DNA from: Verrucomicrobiia bacterium
GTDB lineage: Bacteria; Acidobacteriota; Terriglobia; Acidiferrales; UBA7541
Assembly: GCA_035503815.1 (NCBI GenBank)
Contig: DATJTF010000018.1
Coordinates: forward strand, 51,583 to 115,582
DNA length: 64,000 bases
Direction: 5' to 3'
Part shown: positions 1-7,906 of the stretch, in pieces
How the letters are laid out: the number at the start of each line of letters is the position of its first letter
How positions within the stretch are numbered: position 1 is the stretch's first letter
Notes under the pieces: model-generated
What the model saw: only the letters and a program-made list of their open reading frames with translations
Told to the model about the DNA's origin: nothing
Database searches by the model: none
Made by a program: the position numbers and the translations under genes

Positions 1-447
1 CATGTGCATCAGCACCAGCGCCATTTTCCGGCTGCGGGCCAGCCCCGCCATGCGCGGGTCGCGGCGGAGGGCGGTGACATCGTTGAGGATTTCGGCGCCG
101 GCAGCAGCGGCGGCTTCGGCGACTTCGTATTTGCTCGTGTCGATCGAGACCGGGATTTTCAGCCGCCCGCGGAGCTTTTCAAGGACAGGGAGAACGCGCC
201 CCAGCTCCTCTTTCGCTGTGATTCCGCGCGAACCGGGGCGGGTGGATTCACCGCCCACGTCGATGATAGCTGCACCGGAGCGCTCCATCGCGAGAGCGTG
301 CTCGAGAGCCGCTTGCGGATCGAGGAATTTCCCCCCGTCTGAAAAACTATCGGGCGTCACATTGAGCACGCCCATAAGGAGCGTGGACTCACCGAGAAGG
401 AGATTCCGGGAGGGGAGCGCGAGATGGAAACGCCTTCGGCGGAACAT
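1..447 (-). CDS. folP: dihydropteroate synthase, N-terminal ~149 codons (3' end lies beyond the left window edge)
   Basis: Not in the ORF track because it has no in-window stop. Own reverse-strand translation from ATG (447-445): MFRRRRFHLALPSRNLLLGESTLLMGVLNVTPDSFSDGGKF..AAIIDVGGESTRPGS..KIPVSIDTSKYEVAE..ILNDVTAL. These are the classic DHPS motifs (LNxTPDSFSDGG, DxGGxSTRPG, SIDT). It lies downstream of ftsH, a common synteny. Confidence 0.85.
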   Translation of the reverse strand, partial: MFRRRRFHLALPSRNLLLGESTLLMGVLNVTPDSFSDGGKFLDPQAALEHALAMERSGAAIIDVGGESTRPGSRGITAKEELGRVLPVLEKLRGRLKIPVSIDTSKYEVAEAAAAAGAEILNDVTALRRDPRMAGLARSRKMALVLMHM

Positions 448-497
448 TGGACAGGTATTGAATCACGGTTTCCGGCAAATCGAAACCGGGAGGCGAG

Positions 498-1724
498 TCA
501 GCGGCCGGCGGGAATGTAATAGGACCCACGATAGTCAATCGTTACGTTCGGGGCATCGGGAACTTCGACCCTCAAGGCGTGCCAACCTGGCTTGGGCGGT
601 CCGCTCGGACTTTCGGAGGGAGGGAAGCCCAGGGTGTATTCCGCTCCGATACGCTGGGCGATTCGCCGAAAGGTGTCGGCCATGCTGGAGGCCTCGTTGA
701 GAAAATACAGCTCGCCGCCGGATGCGCGGGCGATCTCCGCCAGGAAAAGCGTGTACGCGGGAATCCCTTCCTGGCGAGCCTGGAGTCCGATGAGGGAACG
801 ATCGCGATGAGCCTGGAGCCAAGCGGGAGTAAGAATCTTCGGGCGATTTTCGGTCGAGACGGCGAAAACTTGGATGTCGTCGGCCGCCAGCAGCCTCTCC
901 AAATCGTCGAAAGTAAGCCGGTTGTCTCCTGCACCCCAGGGACGGGTGCTTGCGGGATCGATTGAGAGGCCGAGGCCGCTGTCCTGCCCGTCGGTGAGCA
1001 GGATGATTCCCTTCCGGCCGGTGCGACCCGCAAACAATTTCGCGGCCGCGAGATAAACGGACTGGTAGATGTTCGAGCCGCCTGTGTCAGCGAGAAGATC
1101 GCGGACGTTCACGCGGCCGACGGCCAGGCGGAGAAGCTCGCGGACGGTGGTGAATTTCTGCTGCAAGTAGGTGTGCGCGGAAAAATCGACTACGGCGACT
1201 TCGTCCGAAGGCGCGAGTCCCTCGACCAGAGCATTTGCCGCGTCCTTCATTTCGCCCGCAGCGGGCAGCACGCTGGGGCTGGCATCAATGACGAGAGCGA
1301 CGCTTGCGGGCTGAGAAGAATCGTCGAAATTGGTGATTGGGCGGGGCGAACTATCGTCAAACACCCGGAAACGCTCGCGCGCAAGCCCACGGATAGGAGT
1401 ACCGTCGGGAGCAAACACGGAGCATGTGACGCGGACAACCTGCGCTTGGACTTCGATGGCATGAGCGGCGAGCGGAGCAGCGTTGGCTGGAGGGCCAGGA
1501 GGGGGAGCGGCGGATCGAGAGACGATGCCCAGTTCTCCGGTCGAGGGGTCCCTTTGATAAACCACTCCCGAATCCAGGACGACGGGGCGCTTATGTTTCC
1601 CGCGCTGTGCCCTTGCCCTCAAGGCGAAGAGCGGGACCAGCAGGACGAAAGCGCCGGCAAGAATTAGAAGGCGGAACAGAACGGACCGGCGGTTTTTTCC
1701 GGTCGCAACTGCGGAACGAGGCAT
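498..1724 (-). CDS. VWA domain protein (Acidobacteria-type VWFA-related family), N-terminal membrane anchor or signal
   Basis: 408-aa ORF. Hydrophobic N-terminus LFRLLILAGAFVLLVPLFAL. VWA/MIDAS-like core VALVIDASPSV .. GGSNIY .. IILLTDGQDSG. The architecture matches the Acidobacterial VWFA-related family as I recall it. Confidence 0.8.
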   Translation of the reverse strand: MPRSAVATGKNRRSVLFRLLILAGAFVLLVPLFALRARAQRGKHKRPVVLDSGVVYQRDPSTGELGIVSRSAAPPPGPPANAAPLAAHAIEVQAQVVRVTCSVFAPDGTPIRGLARERFRVFDDSSPRPITNFDDSSQPASVALVIDASPSVLPAAGEMKDAANALVEGLAPSDEVAVVDFSAHTYLQQKFTTVRELLRLAVGRVNVRDLLADTGGSNIYQSVYLAAAKLFAGRTGRKGIILLTDGQDSGLGLSIDPASTRPWGAGDNRLTFDDLERLLAADDIQVFAVSTENRPKILTPAWLQAHRDRSLIGLQARQEGIPAYTLFLAEIARASGGELYFLNEASSMADTFRRIAQRIGAEYTLGFPPSESPSGPPKPGWHALRVEVPDAPNVTIDYRGSYYIPAGR

Positions 1725-1732
1725 GGCCGAGT

Positions 1733-2038
1733 TCAGTCGAGGTCGAAATCGCGAAGCGGCTTCTTGAGAGGCTCGTCGTTGGCTTTCTTGAGGTTTTCGG
1801 CAAATTTTCTGGCGAGAACGTCTTCTTTCATTTTTTCGGCCTCGACGGACGCGCGGAACTTCGCCTCGACGTGATCTTCATGCTCGCGAAGGAGGCGCGC
1901 GGTATCGTCCAGATCAATCGAAGGAGGCCGGACAGGCGCGGAGTGGGAAAGAACCACGCCAAGCGTGCGGTCGATTTTCAATTTCGCGCCGCAGCAGGGG
2001 CAATCCAATTCAATCACGTCGAAAGATTTGCTCGCCAT
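1733..2038 (-). CDS. small zinc-ribbon-like hypothetical protein
   Basis: 101-aa ORF in the 9-nt/140-nt gaps between the VWA gene and ftsH. N-terminus has CPCCGAKLKID (a CxxC-type knuckle), followed by a charged helical tail. No family recognised. Confidence 0.55.
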   Translation of the reverse strand: MASKSFDVIELDCPCCGAKLKIDRTLGVVLSHSAPVRPPSIDLDDTARLLREHEDHVEAKFRASVEAEKMKEDVLARKFAENLKKANDEPLKKPLRDFDLD

Positions 2039-2181
2039 GGCTGCATTTTACGCCGATTCGGGAAATGGGAACAGTGCCGAAGGGGAAAGGCCCAGCAGCC
2101 GGAGCGCGGGCGCCCAACAAAAAAAGGGCCTCGAAATTCGAGGCCCTTCCAGAAATCAGCGGGGACTGAACCGCCGGAGCG

Positions 2182-4122
2182 TCAAGCCGGCGCGGGCTTT
2201 TCGCCCTTGGTAAGCCCGGGAATCGGGCGCGGTTCGGGTCGCAGGGCGAGCTGGGGCTCCTTGGCCGGAACCGGCGGAGCCGAAGGCGGAGGCGAGGGCG
2301 GCTTCTCGGGGAGCGTTTTGCCTTCCATCAAAAGCTTGAGTTCGTTGGCGTCGAGAACTTCGCGTTCGAGCAGAGCCTGGGCGATGCGTTCAAGGGTGTC
2401 TTTCTGGCTTTCGAGAATGCCGCGAGCGCTGGTGTAACCGCGACTGACGATGGAGCGGACTTCGGCGTCGATTTTGATCGCCGTGTCTTCGGAATAATCG
2501 CGGTGTTGGGCAATTTCGCGGCCGAGGAAAATCGCTTCTTCCTTCTTGCCGAAAGTCAGGGGTCCGAGAGTGCTCATGCCCCATTCGCAGACCATCTGGC
2601 GGGCGATCTCGGTGGCGCGTTCGATATCGTTGCCCGCGCCGGTGGTGATGTGCTTGAGGAAGATTTCTTCGGCCGCGCGTCCTCCCATCAGAACAGCGAG
2701 CTGAGATTCGAGGAACTCTTTGGTGTAGGTGTGCTTGTCGTCGATGGGGAGCTGCATGGTGACGCCGAGAGCCATGCCGCGGGGAATGATCGTGACCTTG
2801 TGGAGCGGGTCGGCTCCGGGAGTCATGGCGGCGACCAGGGCGTGGCCGGCCTCATGATAGGCCGTGTTCTTTTTCTCCTCGTCGGAAAGAATCATGGATT
2901 TCCGCTCGGCGCCCATCAGGACTTTGTCCTTGGACATTTCAAAATCGGCCATGGTGACGAATTTGCGGTTCTGGCGGGCAGCCCAGAGAGCGGCTTCGTT
3001 TACCAGATTCGCGACGTCGGCTCCGGAAAATCCGGGAGTGCCGCGGGCAATGACGGAAAGGTCGACGTCATCCGAAAGGGGAACCTTGCGCGTGTGAACG
3101 CGGAGAATTTCCTCCCGGCCCCGGACGTCCGGACGGGGAACGACGACGCGGCGGTCGAAGCGGCCAGGCCGGAGCAAAGCGGGGTCGAGAACGTCGGGGC
3201 GGTTGGTGGCCGCAATCAGGATGACGCCTTCGTTGGATTCAAAGCCGTCCATTTCGACGAGCAGGGCGTTGAGCGTCTGTTCGCGTTCGTCGTGGCCGCC
3301 GCCGAGCCCGGCGCCGCGATGCCGGCCAACGGCGTCAATTTCGTCGATGAAAATGATGCAAGGAGCATTTTTCTTTCCCTGCTCGAAGAGATCCCGGACG
3401 CGGCTGGCGCCCACGCCGACGAACATTTCGACGAAGTCGGATCCGGAAATCGAGAAGAAGGGAACGTTGGCCTCGCCGGCAATCGCCCGCGCGAGCAGAG
3501 TCTTGCCGGTTCCCGGAGGGCCAACCAGCAAAACGCCCTTGGGGATGCGCCCGCCGAGTTTTTGAAATTTCTGGGGATCTTTCAAAAAGTCAATAATTTC
3601 GTAGAGTTCTTCTTTGGCCTCGTCAATACCGGCGACGTCTTTGAATGTGGCCTTCTTCTGCTGCGCGGTCAAAAGGCGGGCGCGCGATTTTCCGAAGCTG
3701 AGGGCCTTGTTACCGCCGGCTTGCATCTGGCGCATCATGAAAATCCAGAAAAGGACGAGGAGAAGAATGGGGCCAAGATTGATGAGGAGAGAAAGCCAAT
3801 CGTTGTGGTTCGCTTCCTTGTAGTTGTAATGAACGTTCTTGTCGTCGAAGGCCTTGGTTACTTCGGGAATGGTGGCGTTGGCGACGGTGACGTGCTGGAA
3901 TTTTCCGCCGTCCGTGTACTCGCCTTCGAGTTCAGCGCTGTTTTGGGAGAGGTAAATATTGGCGTCTTTGACGGCGCCACTCTGCACCTTGGCCATGAAG
4001 GTGGTGAAGCTGGGTTCATCCTCGCGGGCCGATTGGCCGCTCTTCGACGCCATTTCCCAGAGGACGACGGCCAGACAAATCATCAAAAGCCAAAAAAGTA
4101 TGGTACGAACCGTTGAGTTCAC
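2182..4122 (-). CDS. ftsH: ATP-dependent zinc metalloprotease FtsH
   Basis: 646 aa. Two N-terminal TM segments, Walker A GPPGTGKT, Walker [13 protein letters not shown] region, and zinc site HEAGHALV. Confidence 0.97.
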   Translation of the reverse strand: MNSTVRTILFWLLMICLAVVLWEMASKSGQSAREDEPSFTTFMAKVQSGAVKDANIYLSQNSAELEGEYTDGGKFQHVTVANATIPEVTKAFDDKNVHYNYKEANHNDWLSLLINLGPILLLVLFWIFMMRQMQAGGNKALSFGKSRARLLTAQQKKATFKDVAGIDEAKEELYEIIDFLKDPQKFQKLGGRIPKGVLLVGPPGTGKTLLARAIAGEANVPFFSISGSDFVEMFVGVGASRVRDLFEQGKKNAPCIIFIDEIDAVGRHRGAGLGGGHDEREQTLNALLVEMDGFESNEGVILIAATNRPDVLDPALLRPGRFDRRVVVPRPDVRGREEILRVHTRKVPLSDDVDLSVIARGTPGFSGADVANLVNEAALWAARQNRKFVTMADFEMSKDKVLMGAERKSMILSDEEKKNTAYHEAGHALVAAMTPGADPLHKVTIIPRGMALGVTMQLPIDDKHTYTKEFLESQLAVLMGGRAAEEIFLKHITTGAGNDIERATEIARQMVCEWGMSTLGPLTFGKKEEAIFLGREIAQHRDYSEDTAIKIDAEVRSIVSRGYTSARGILESQKDTLERIAQALLEREVLDANELKLLMEGKTLPEKPPSPPPSAPPVPAKEPQLALRPEPRPIPGLTKGEKPAPA

Positions 4123-4211
4123 TGTCTTACCTCACCCTCTTGTCCCTACACCCAGTTAGATGCATCGGCGACGCCGGTGAATTCAGCTATGTGCAAGAGC
4201 AAAAAACCTCG

Positions 4212-5723
4212 TCAAGTTCCCCGCGCCTGACTACCCTCGATCAGAACCCCTGCGCGAGTTTGGCGGCCGATGCCAAATTCAGCGGCTGGAGGAAACCTCC
4301 AGGCCCAAACCACCCGCCCAGCACTCTCGAGAACCGGCCAACTCGCACGCTGCCGGACCGGGACACGGCGGGCCAAAAAGAGCTGCTTCAATTTTTTCGA
4401 CTGGCGACGCCCACAAGGCCGATACGCGTCACCCGGGCGCCAGTTCCGCAGGACCAGGGGGGTGCGGAGCAAATCGGCATCGAGAGCAACCGCGTGCATT
4501 TTAGTTTCTCGCTCCGGCAATGGCCAGTCAATGACTTTCAACTTGAAGCGAGCCCCAATTTCCGGAACGGAAACAAAGGTTTCGCCCCGTCCCGGAAGGG
4601 CCACGGCATACTGGTAAGACCCGGACTGAAACACCGTCTTTGTGGCGGAACCGGCCCGCACCGGACACGTATAAAAACACAATTCGGCAAAATTCTTCTC
4701 GACCTTCACGCCGCCGGGCAAGTGCAAGGCGCGGCCGCTGGACGAGCCGGAGGCCAAGGAAATGACTTGTTCGACATGGACGGCACCGAGCGCCGCGCGG
4801 CCGCCGCGAGCCTGTTCATAAAGACGACGGACGAGGCGTTCCGTAAGCGGACGAAGGAGGGCGGGAGCGGGTGAATCCAGATTTCCGCCGGCCGGCGCGA
4901 GAAAAGAAAGGAGCGACGGAGAGAGCAAATCCCTGGCGGGAATCGCGACACCTTCCGAAGACGGGCGAGCAAGGCGGTGGAAGCAAGTATCGACGACCGC
5001 ATCCCAGAAGATTTCGTCCTCACGAGCCAAGCGAGCTAAATTGCACAGATGATCCACCGAGGCGGAAGAAAATTCGGCTTCCAAAACGGGCAACATGCGC
5101 GCCCGGATGCGAGCGCGGGTGCGCTGGGTATCAAAATTCGAGGAATCTTCCCGCCAAGGCTGGCCGAGGGATTGGAGATAGCCGCGAAGTTCGCCGCGAC
5201 GGAAATTGAGCAGCGGGCGAACCACACACCCAGAAACAGGGTGGATACCCGCCAGGCCGCGAAGACCGGTACCGCGGATCATGTGAGACAGAAGCGTTTC
5301 GGCCTGGTCTTCGGCCGTATGGGCCACGGCGACGCGCGAAACGCGCCCGGCGGCGGCAACACTTTCAAAAAATGAATAACGCAGCCTGCGGGCGGCGTCT
5401 TCGAGATTCCAGCGGTTTTGTTTCGCGGCGGCGGCGACATCCCGGCGGTCACAGATGAATTCGAGGTCATGAGCGCGCGCGAGCGATGCGACAAAGTCCG
5501 CATCAGCGTCCGCTTCGGCGCCACGCAAAGAGTGGTGAAAATGCAAGACACGAAGGCTGGCGCCAATCTCGCTCTGCACTGCCAGCAAGAGACGGAGTAA
5601 TGCAACGGAATCGGCGCCACCGGAAACGGCGACGCCGAGAGATTCTCCGGGAACGAACGACCGCGAGCGGCGCAGAAAAGAAGCGAATCGGAGTTGCAAC
5701 TTTGAAGTGGCGGAGCGTCGCAT
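4212..5723 (-). CDS. tilS: tRNA(Ile)-lysidine synthetase TilS
   Basis: PP-loop motif VAVSGGADSVALL near the N-terminus, TilS-like substrate-binding and C-terminal domains, and tilS-ftsH synteny. The track ORF extends to 5828. I start at ATG 5723 (MRRSATSK...) because the PP-loop follows about 30 aa later. Start uncertain. Confidence 0.85.
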   Translation of the reverse strand: MRRSATSKLQLRFASFLRRSRSFVPGESLGVAVSGGADSVALLRLLLAVQSEIGASLRVLHFHHSLRGAEADADADFVASLARAHDLEFICDRRDVAAAAKQNRWNLEDAARRLRYSFFESVAAAGRVSRVAVAHTAEDQAETLLSHMIRGTGLRGLAGIHPVSGCVVRPLLNFRRGELRGYLQSLGQPWREDSSNFDTQRTRARIRARMLPVLEAEFSSASVDHLCNLARLAREDEIFWDAVVDTCFHRLARPSSEGVAIPARDLLSPSLLSFLAPAGGNLDSPAPALLRPLTERLVRRLYEQARGGRAALGAVHVEQVISLASGSSSGRALHLPGGVKVEKNFAELCFYTCPVRAGSATKTVFQSGSYQYAVALPGRGETFVSVPEIGARFKLKVIDWPLPERETKMHAVALDADLLRTPLVLRNWRPGDAYRPCGRRQSKKLKQLFLARRVPVRQRASWPVLESAGRVVWAWRFPPAAEFGIGRQTRAGVLIEGSQARGT

Positions 5724-5811
5724 CGAAAACAGCCAACCCCAGCAAGTTCCAAAACCATAGTAGCAGCCCGCGCAGCGTGGGTCGAGCCAGGGGGGCGCGA
5801 TCCGGCGGGGA

Positions 5812-6222
5812 TCAGGGGCGCTCGACAACCTGCTGAATCAGGAGTCCCCGGCTATAGGAGATTCTCCTGTCAAGGGCAACGGCGGCGAAATAGGAGCATT
5901 TCTGGCGCTCACGGTCGAGCCAGGCCGAGGCGCTCGGAACGAGCTTGGAGCAAAACGACGCAAGCATGTGCAGGATGGAGTAGTAGGTACCGACAGCGCG
6001 GATGTCCACTTGATCGTCGCCCTGCTCGGGGCATAACCGGACGAGCTGAAGCAGGCGATGAAAATCCTCGGCGGAGAGGTTGGCGCTGGCGACGCCGGTG
6101 ACCTCGCGGACGCGGTCGGAGAGCTCCACAGTTCGGCTCGCAGCCAAAATCGAGCGGCAGTGGGAGACAAAAAACTGCAAAAACGCCGCAATCGAAATCA
6201 CACAAATAAGGGCAGCAATCAT
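5812..6222 (-). CDS. hypothetical single-pass membrane protein (136 aa)
   Basis: Internal ATG at 6222 overlaps the stop of the upstream gene as ATGA (6222-6219). The product starts MIAALICVISIAAFLQFFV (TM helix), then a soluble helical domain. The longer track ORF (to 6474) would overlap the upstream gene by 250 nt and is rejected. Confidence 0.55.
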   Translation of the reverse strand: MIAALICVISIAAFLQFFVSHCRSILAASRTVELSDRVREVTGVASANLSAEDFHRLLQLVRLCPEQGDDQVDIRAVGTYYSILHMLASFCSKLVPSASAWLDRERQKCSYFAAVALDRRISYSRGLLIQQVVERP

Positions 6223-6920
6223 CGGGCTTTCACCGCGAACGCCTCCGTCATCAAGCGAGACTCCTCCGGAACCTTCGTAAACGTGTAAGCCCAAGCCAGC
6301 GGCAGCCACGTCCCGAGGACGGGTGGGAGCCAACGCAGGCCGTAGTTTTGAAGCACGGGGAACAGGTTGTGAAGAGCATAGACACCGGCGGTGGCGCTGA
6401 AATAGACGCCGAGAGCGAGGATCAACTGGATCAGGCGCGTACGCGTCTCGCGCAATTTCAGGAGGGCGCCCCAAAGCAGGTACGTGAGGATGACGCCGAC
6501 GAAATTGAGATTCTGCTCGAGTTCAACGACGAATCGCGAAGTCAAATGCTCCTTGGTCTGATAGACAACCAAGTAGGAGAAGAAAGCCGTGGCTCCGAGA
6601 AGGAGAACAGCCGCGACGCGAATATAGCGGGCGACATGCATTTCCGTGAAGACTTGCTGATAAAAGTGAATCATGACGAAATACATCAGGATGTAAAGGA
6701 GGCCGTCAGAATAGTAGTAATAAAAAAAGTAAGAGCGGGAATCGAATCCGAACCTATGGATATAGATAAACTGACCGCAAGTAACGGCCGCGGCGCAAAG
6801 CATGTAGATATTGAGAGTTAGGTAGCGTTTGAAGTCTTTGCGGAGGAATGAAGACACCACTACGTAGGATTCTAGCAGAAAACCTGCTAACCATAGGGTG
6901 TAGTCAAGTGGGCCCAGCAT
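6219..6920 (-). CDS. hypothetical polytopic membrane protein (about 7 predicted TM helices, aromatic-rich)
   Basis: 233-aa ORF with about seven hydrophobic stretches (for example YTLWLAGFLLESYVVVSSFL, LTLNIYMLCAAAVTCGQFIYI, YFFYYYYSDGLLYILMYFVMIHFY). Visibly more AT-rich than the flanks. No family recognised. Confidence 0.7.
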   Translation of the reverse strand: MLGPLDYTLWLAGFLLESYVVVSSFLRKDFKRYLTLNIYMLCAAAVTCGQFIYIHRFGFDSRSYFFYYYYSDGLLYILMYFVMIHFYQQVFTEMHVARYIRVAAVLLLGATAFFSYLVVYQTKEHLTSRFVVELEQNLNFVGVILTYLLWGALLKLRETRTRLIQLILALGVYFSATAGVYALHNLFPVLQNYGLRWLPPVLGTWLPLAWAYTFTKVPEESRLMTEAFAVKAR

Positions 6921-6971
6921 TACAATTCCAATTCCGAGGCCCAGCCCAAGCTCACCAGAACTGCATGTGCG

Positions 6972-7000
6972 GTGTGCCGCGCGGTCTTACGGCAGCACAC
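6972..7000 (-). other. RNA stem-loop in the spacer between the repeat-peptide gene and the 7-TM gene
   Basis: Minus strand reads GUGUGCUGC-cguaagaccgc-GCGGCACAC: a 9-bp stem (one G.U) with an 11-nt loop and no U-tract. Seen directly in the sequence. Confidence 0.35.
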
Positions 7001-7012
7001 TCACCTGGGTTT

Positions 7013-7264
7013 TTACCAGCGATCCGGAGGTACCGGGCCGCTGGTGCTGGCAGCCAGCCAGCGGTCCGGAGGAACAGGACCACTCGTGCTGTCAGCCAAC
7101 CAACGATCCGGCGGAACCGGGCCGCTCGTGCTTGCCAACCAACGATCAGGTGGCACCGGGCCGCTCGTGCTTGCCAATACCGAGTGGGTTGACAACGATC
7201 TCAACCCCATCGCGCTGGCAAGGACAAGCAGCGCCAACACCACAACAGCCGACCACTTATACAT
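7013..7264 (-). CDS. small secreted tandem-repeat protein (83 aa: Sec signal plus 4 x STSGPVPPDRW)
   Basis: ATG 7264-7262 is preceded by GGAGG with a 6-nt spacer. N-terminus MYKWSAVVVLALLVLASAMG is signal-peptide-like with an ASA motif. Four identical 12-aa units follow, and the stop comes directly after the last Trp. Same orientation as the downstream genes. Caveat: the antisense + frame also keeps a perfect repeat (QRSGGTGPLVL), so peptide conservation alone does not fix the strand. Confidence 0.6.
   Translation of the reverse strand: MYKWSAVVVLALLVLASAMGLRSLSTHSVLASTSGPVPPDRWLASTSGPVPPDRWLADSTSGPVPPDRWLAASTSGPVPPDRW
7016..7174 (-). repeat. tandem direct repeat, 4 copies, period 39-42 bp
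   Basis: Copies such as ccagcgatccggaggtaccgggccgctggtgctggc, ccagcggtccggaggaacaggaccactcgtgctgtc, caacgatccggcggaaccgggccgctcgtgcttgcc and caacgatcaggtggcaccgggccgctcgtgcttgcc. They are contiguous with no spacers, so this is not CRISPR. Confidence 0.9.
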
Positions 7265-7556
7265 GGGACCCCTCCGAGTAGGGAAACTACGCGGCGAAGT
7301 CTATAAGCGGTCAGGTGCCGTCAAGAGGGAAATTTCGGGGTCGTGTGCCCAAACGGTACACACCCCGACCCTCCTCTGGTCTGGCCAGAGCCTCTCCAAG
7401 TTGTCGCCACCAAGACTAGGGATTGGAAAAGTGCGGGTCAATGTTACGAAAGTACTGTCTTTGCTCGCCGGTCCACGATGCGGGAATCGGCGGAAATGGC
7501 AGTGTTTGCAATCATTCCAGAGCCGGGCCAGGAATGGGGGAACGCATGGGGCTGGC

Positions 7557-7586
7557 TTGACACCTCGACAAAGGAACCCTTAGCAT
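7557..7586 (+). promoter_or_regulatory. candidate sigma70-type promoter for the tRNA gene
   Basis: TTGACA (7557-7562), 18-nt spacer, TAGCAT (7581-7586). This would place the transcription start about 10 nt upstream of the tRNA 5' end. Pattern match only. Confidence 0.4.
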
Positions 7587-7603
7587 CAAGAACTTGGTGT
7601 TGT

Positions 7604-7678
7604 GCCGGCGTAGCTCAGTGGTAGAGCGAGGGTCTCATAATCCCTAGGCCGTGGGTTCGATTCCCCCCGCCGGCACCA
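7604..7678 (+). tRNA. tRNA with anticodon CAT (elongator Met, or Ile2 if lysidine-modified), encoded CCA
   Basis: Hand-folded cloverleaf. Acceptor GCCGGCG/CGCCGGC, U8A9, D arm GCTC-AGTGGTA-GAGC, anticodon arm AGGGT-CTCATAA-TCCCT, T arm GTGGG-TTCGATT-CCCCC, discriminator A, CCA. G1-C72 is paired, so it is not an initiator. Mismatches at 31-39 (U.U) and 50-64 (U.C). Confidence 0.9.
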
Positions 7679-7906
7679 AATGCTTTGAGCGAGTTTGCAA
7701 TCACGCAGGCCGACCACGAGACCTTCGCCCATAACCCGGTTCACGCTGGAACCCGCACCACGAAACTTTTCAACGAAACGAATTTGTGGCGGCATCCGGA
7801 TGAAAATTGAAGCGAGCAGTTGCGGCGATTACACGGGCCGACGTGTATGTGAGCGGCCATTACGGGCAGCGGCAGACCAGAAGAATTCTCAGCGGAGGGG
7901 GGCGGA

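Noticed and set aside
2-700. 232-aa + strand ORF at the left edge.
   Set aside because: It is antisense to folP (1-447) and to the 3' end of the VWA gene. The translation is Arg/Ser/Pro-rich junk, whereas the minus strand gives canonical DHPS motifs.
2503-4116. Long antisense ORFs in the track: 2503-4116 (+), 15536-16504 (+), 19573-20601 (+), 26029-27363 (-), 41369-42859 (+), 50292-51515 (-), 58459-60234 (+), 61939-62895 (-) and many shorter ones.
   Set aside because: Each lies opposite a gene with strong family motifs (ftsH, TonB receptor, cysN, MetX-like hydrolase, bamA, GT2, NCS2/FGE, purB). Their translations are Arg/Gly/Ala/Pro-rich and low in complexity, as expected for shadow ORFs in GC-rich DNA. 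I saw no RBS or domain signatures.
7016-7174. Possibility that the tandem repeat is a CRISPR array or minisatellite.
   Set aside because: The copies are contiguous without spacers, number only four, have a period of 39-42 bp and are in-frame in a well-signalled ORF. No cas genes are in the window.
6972-7583. 203-aa + strand ORF containing the same tandem repeat, read as QRSGGTGPLVL x4.
   Set aside because: It shares wobble positions with the minus-strand frame, so its repeat conservation is an expected by-product. It lacks an RBS and signal, the non-repeat remainder looks random, and it would run up to the tRNA promoter. Kept as a caveat in the repeat-peptide finding.
6540-7906. tRNA-associated genomic island (AT-rich 7-TM gene and repeat peptide next to the tRNA).
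   Set aside because: No integrase, no direct repeat of the tRNA 3' end seen by eye, and the AT-rich genes lie on the 5' side of the tRNA rather than downstream of its 3' end.
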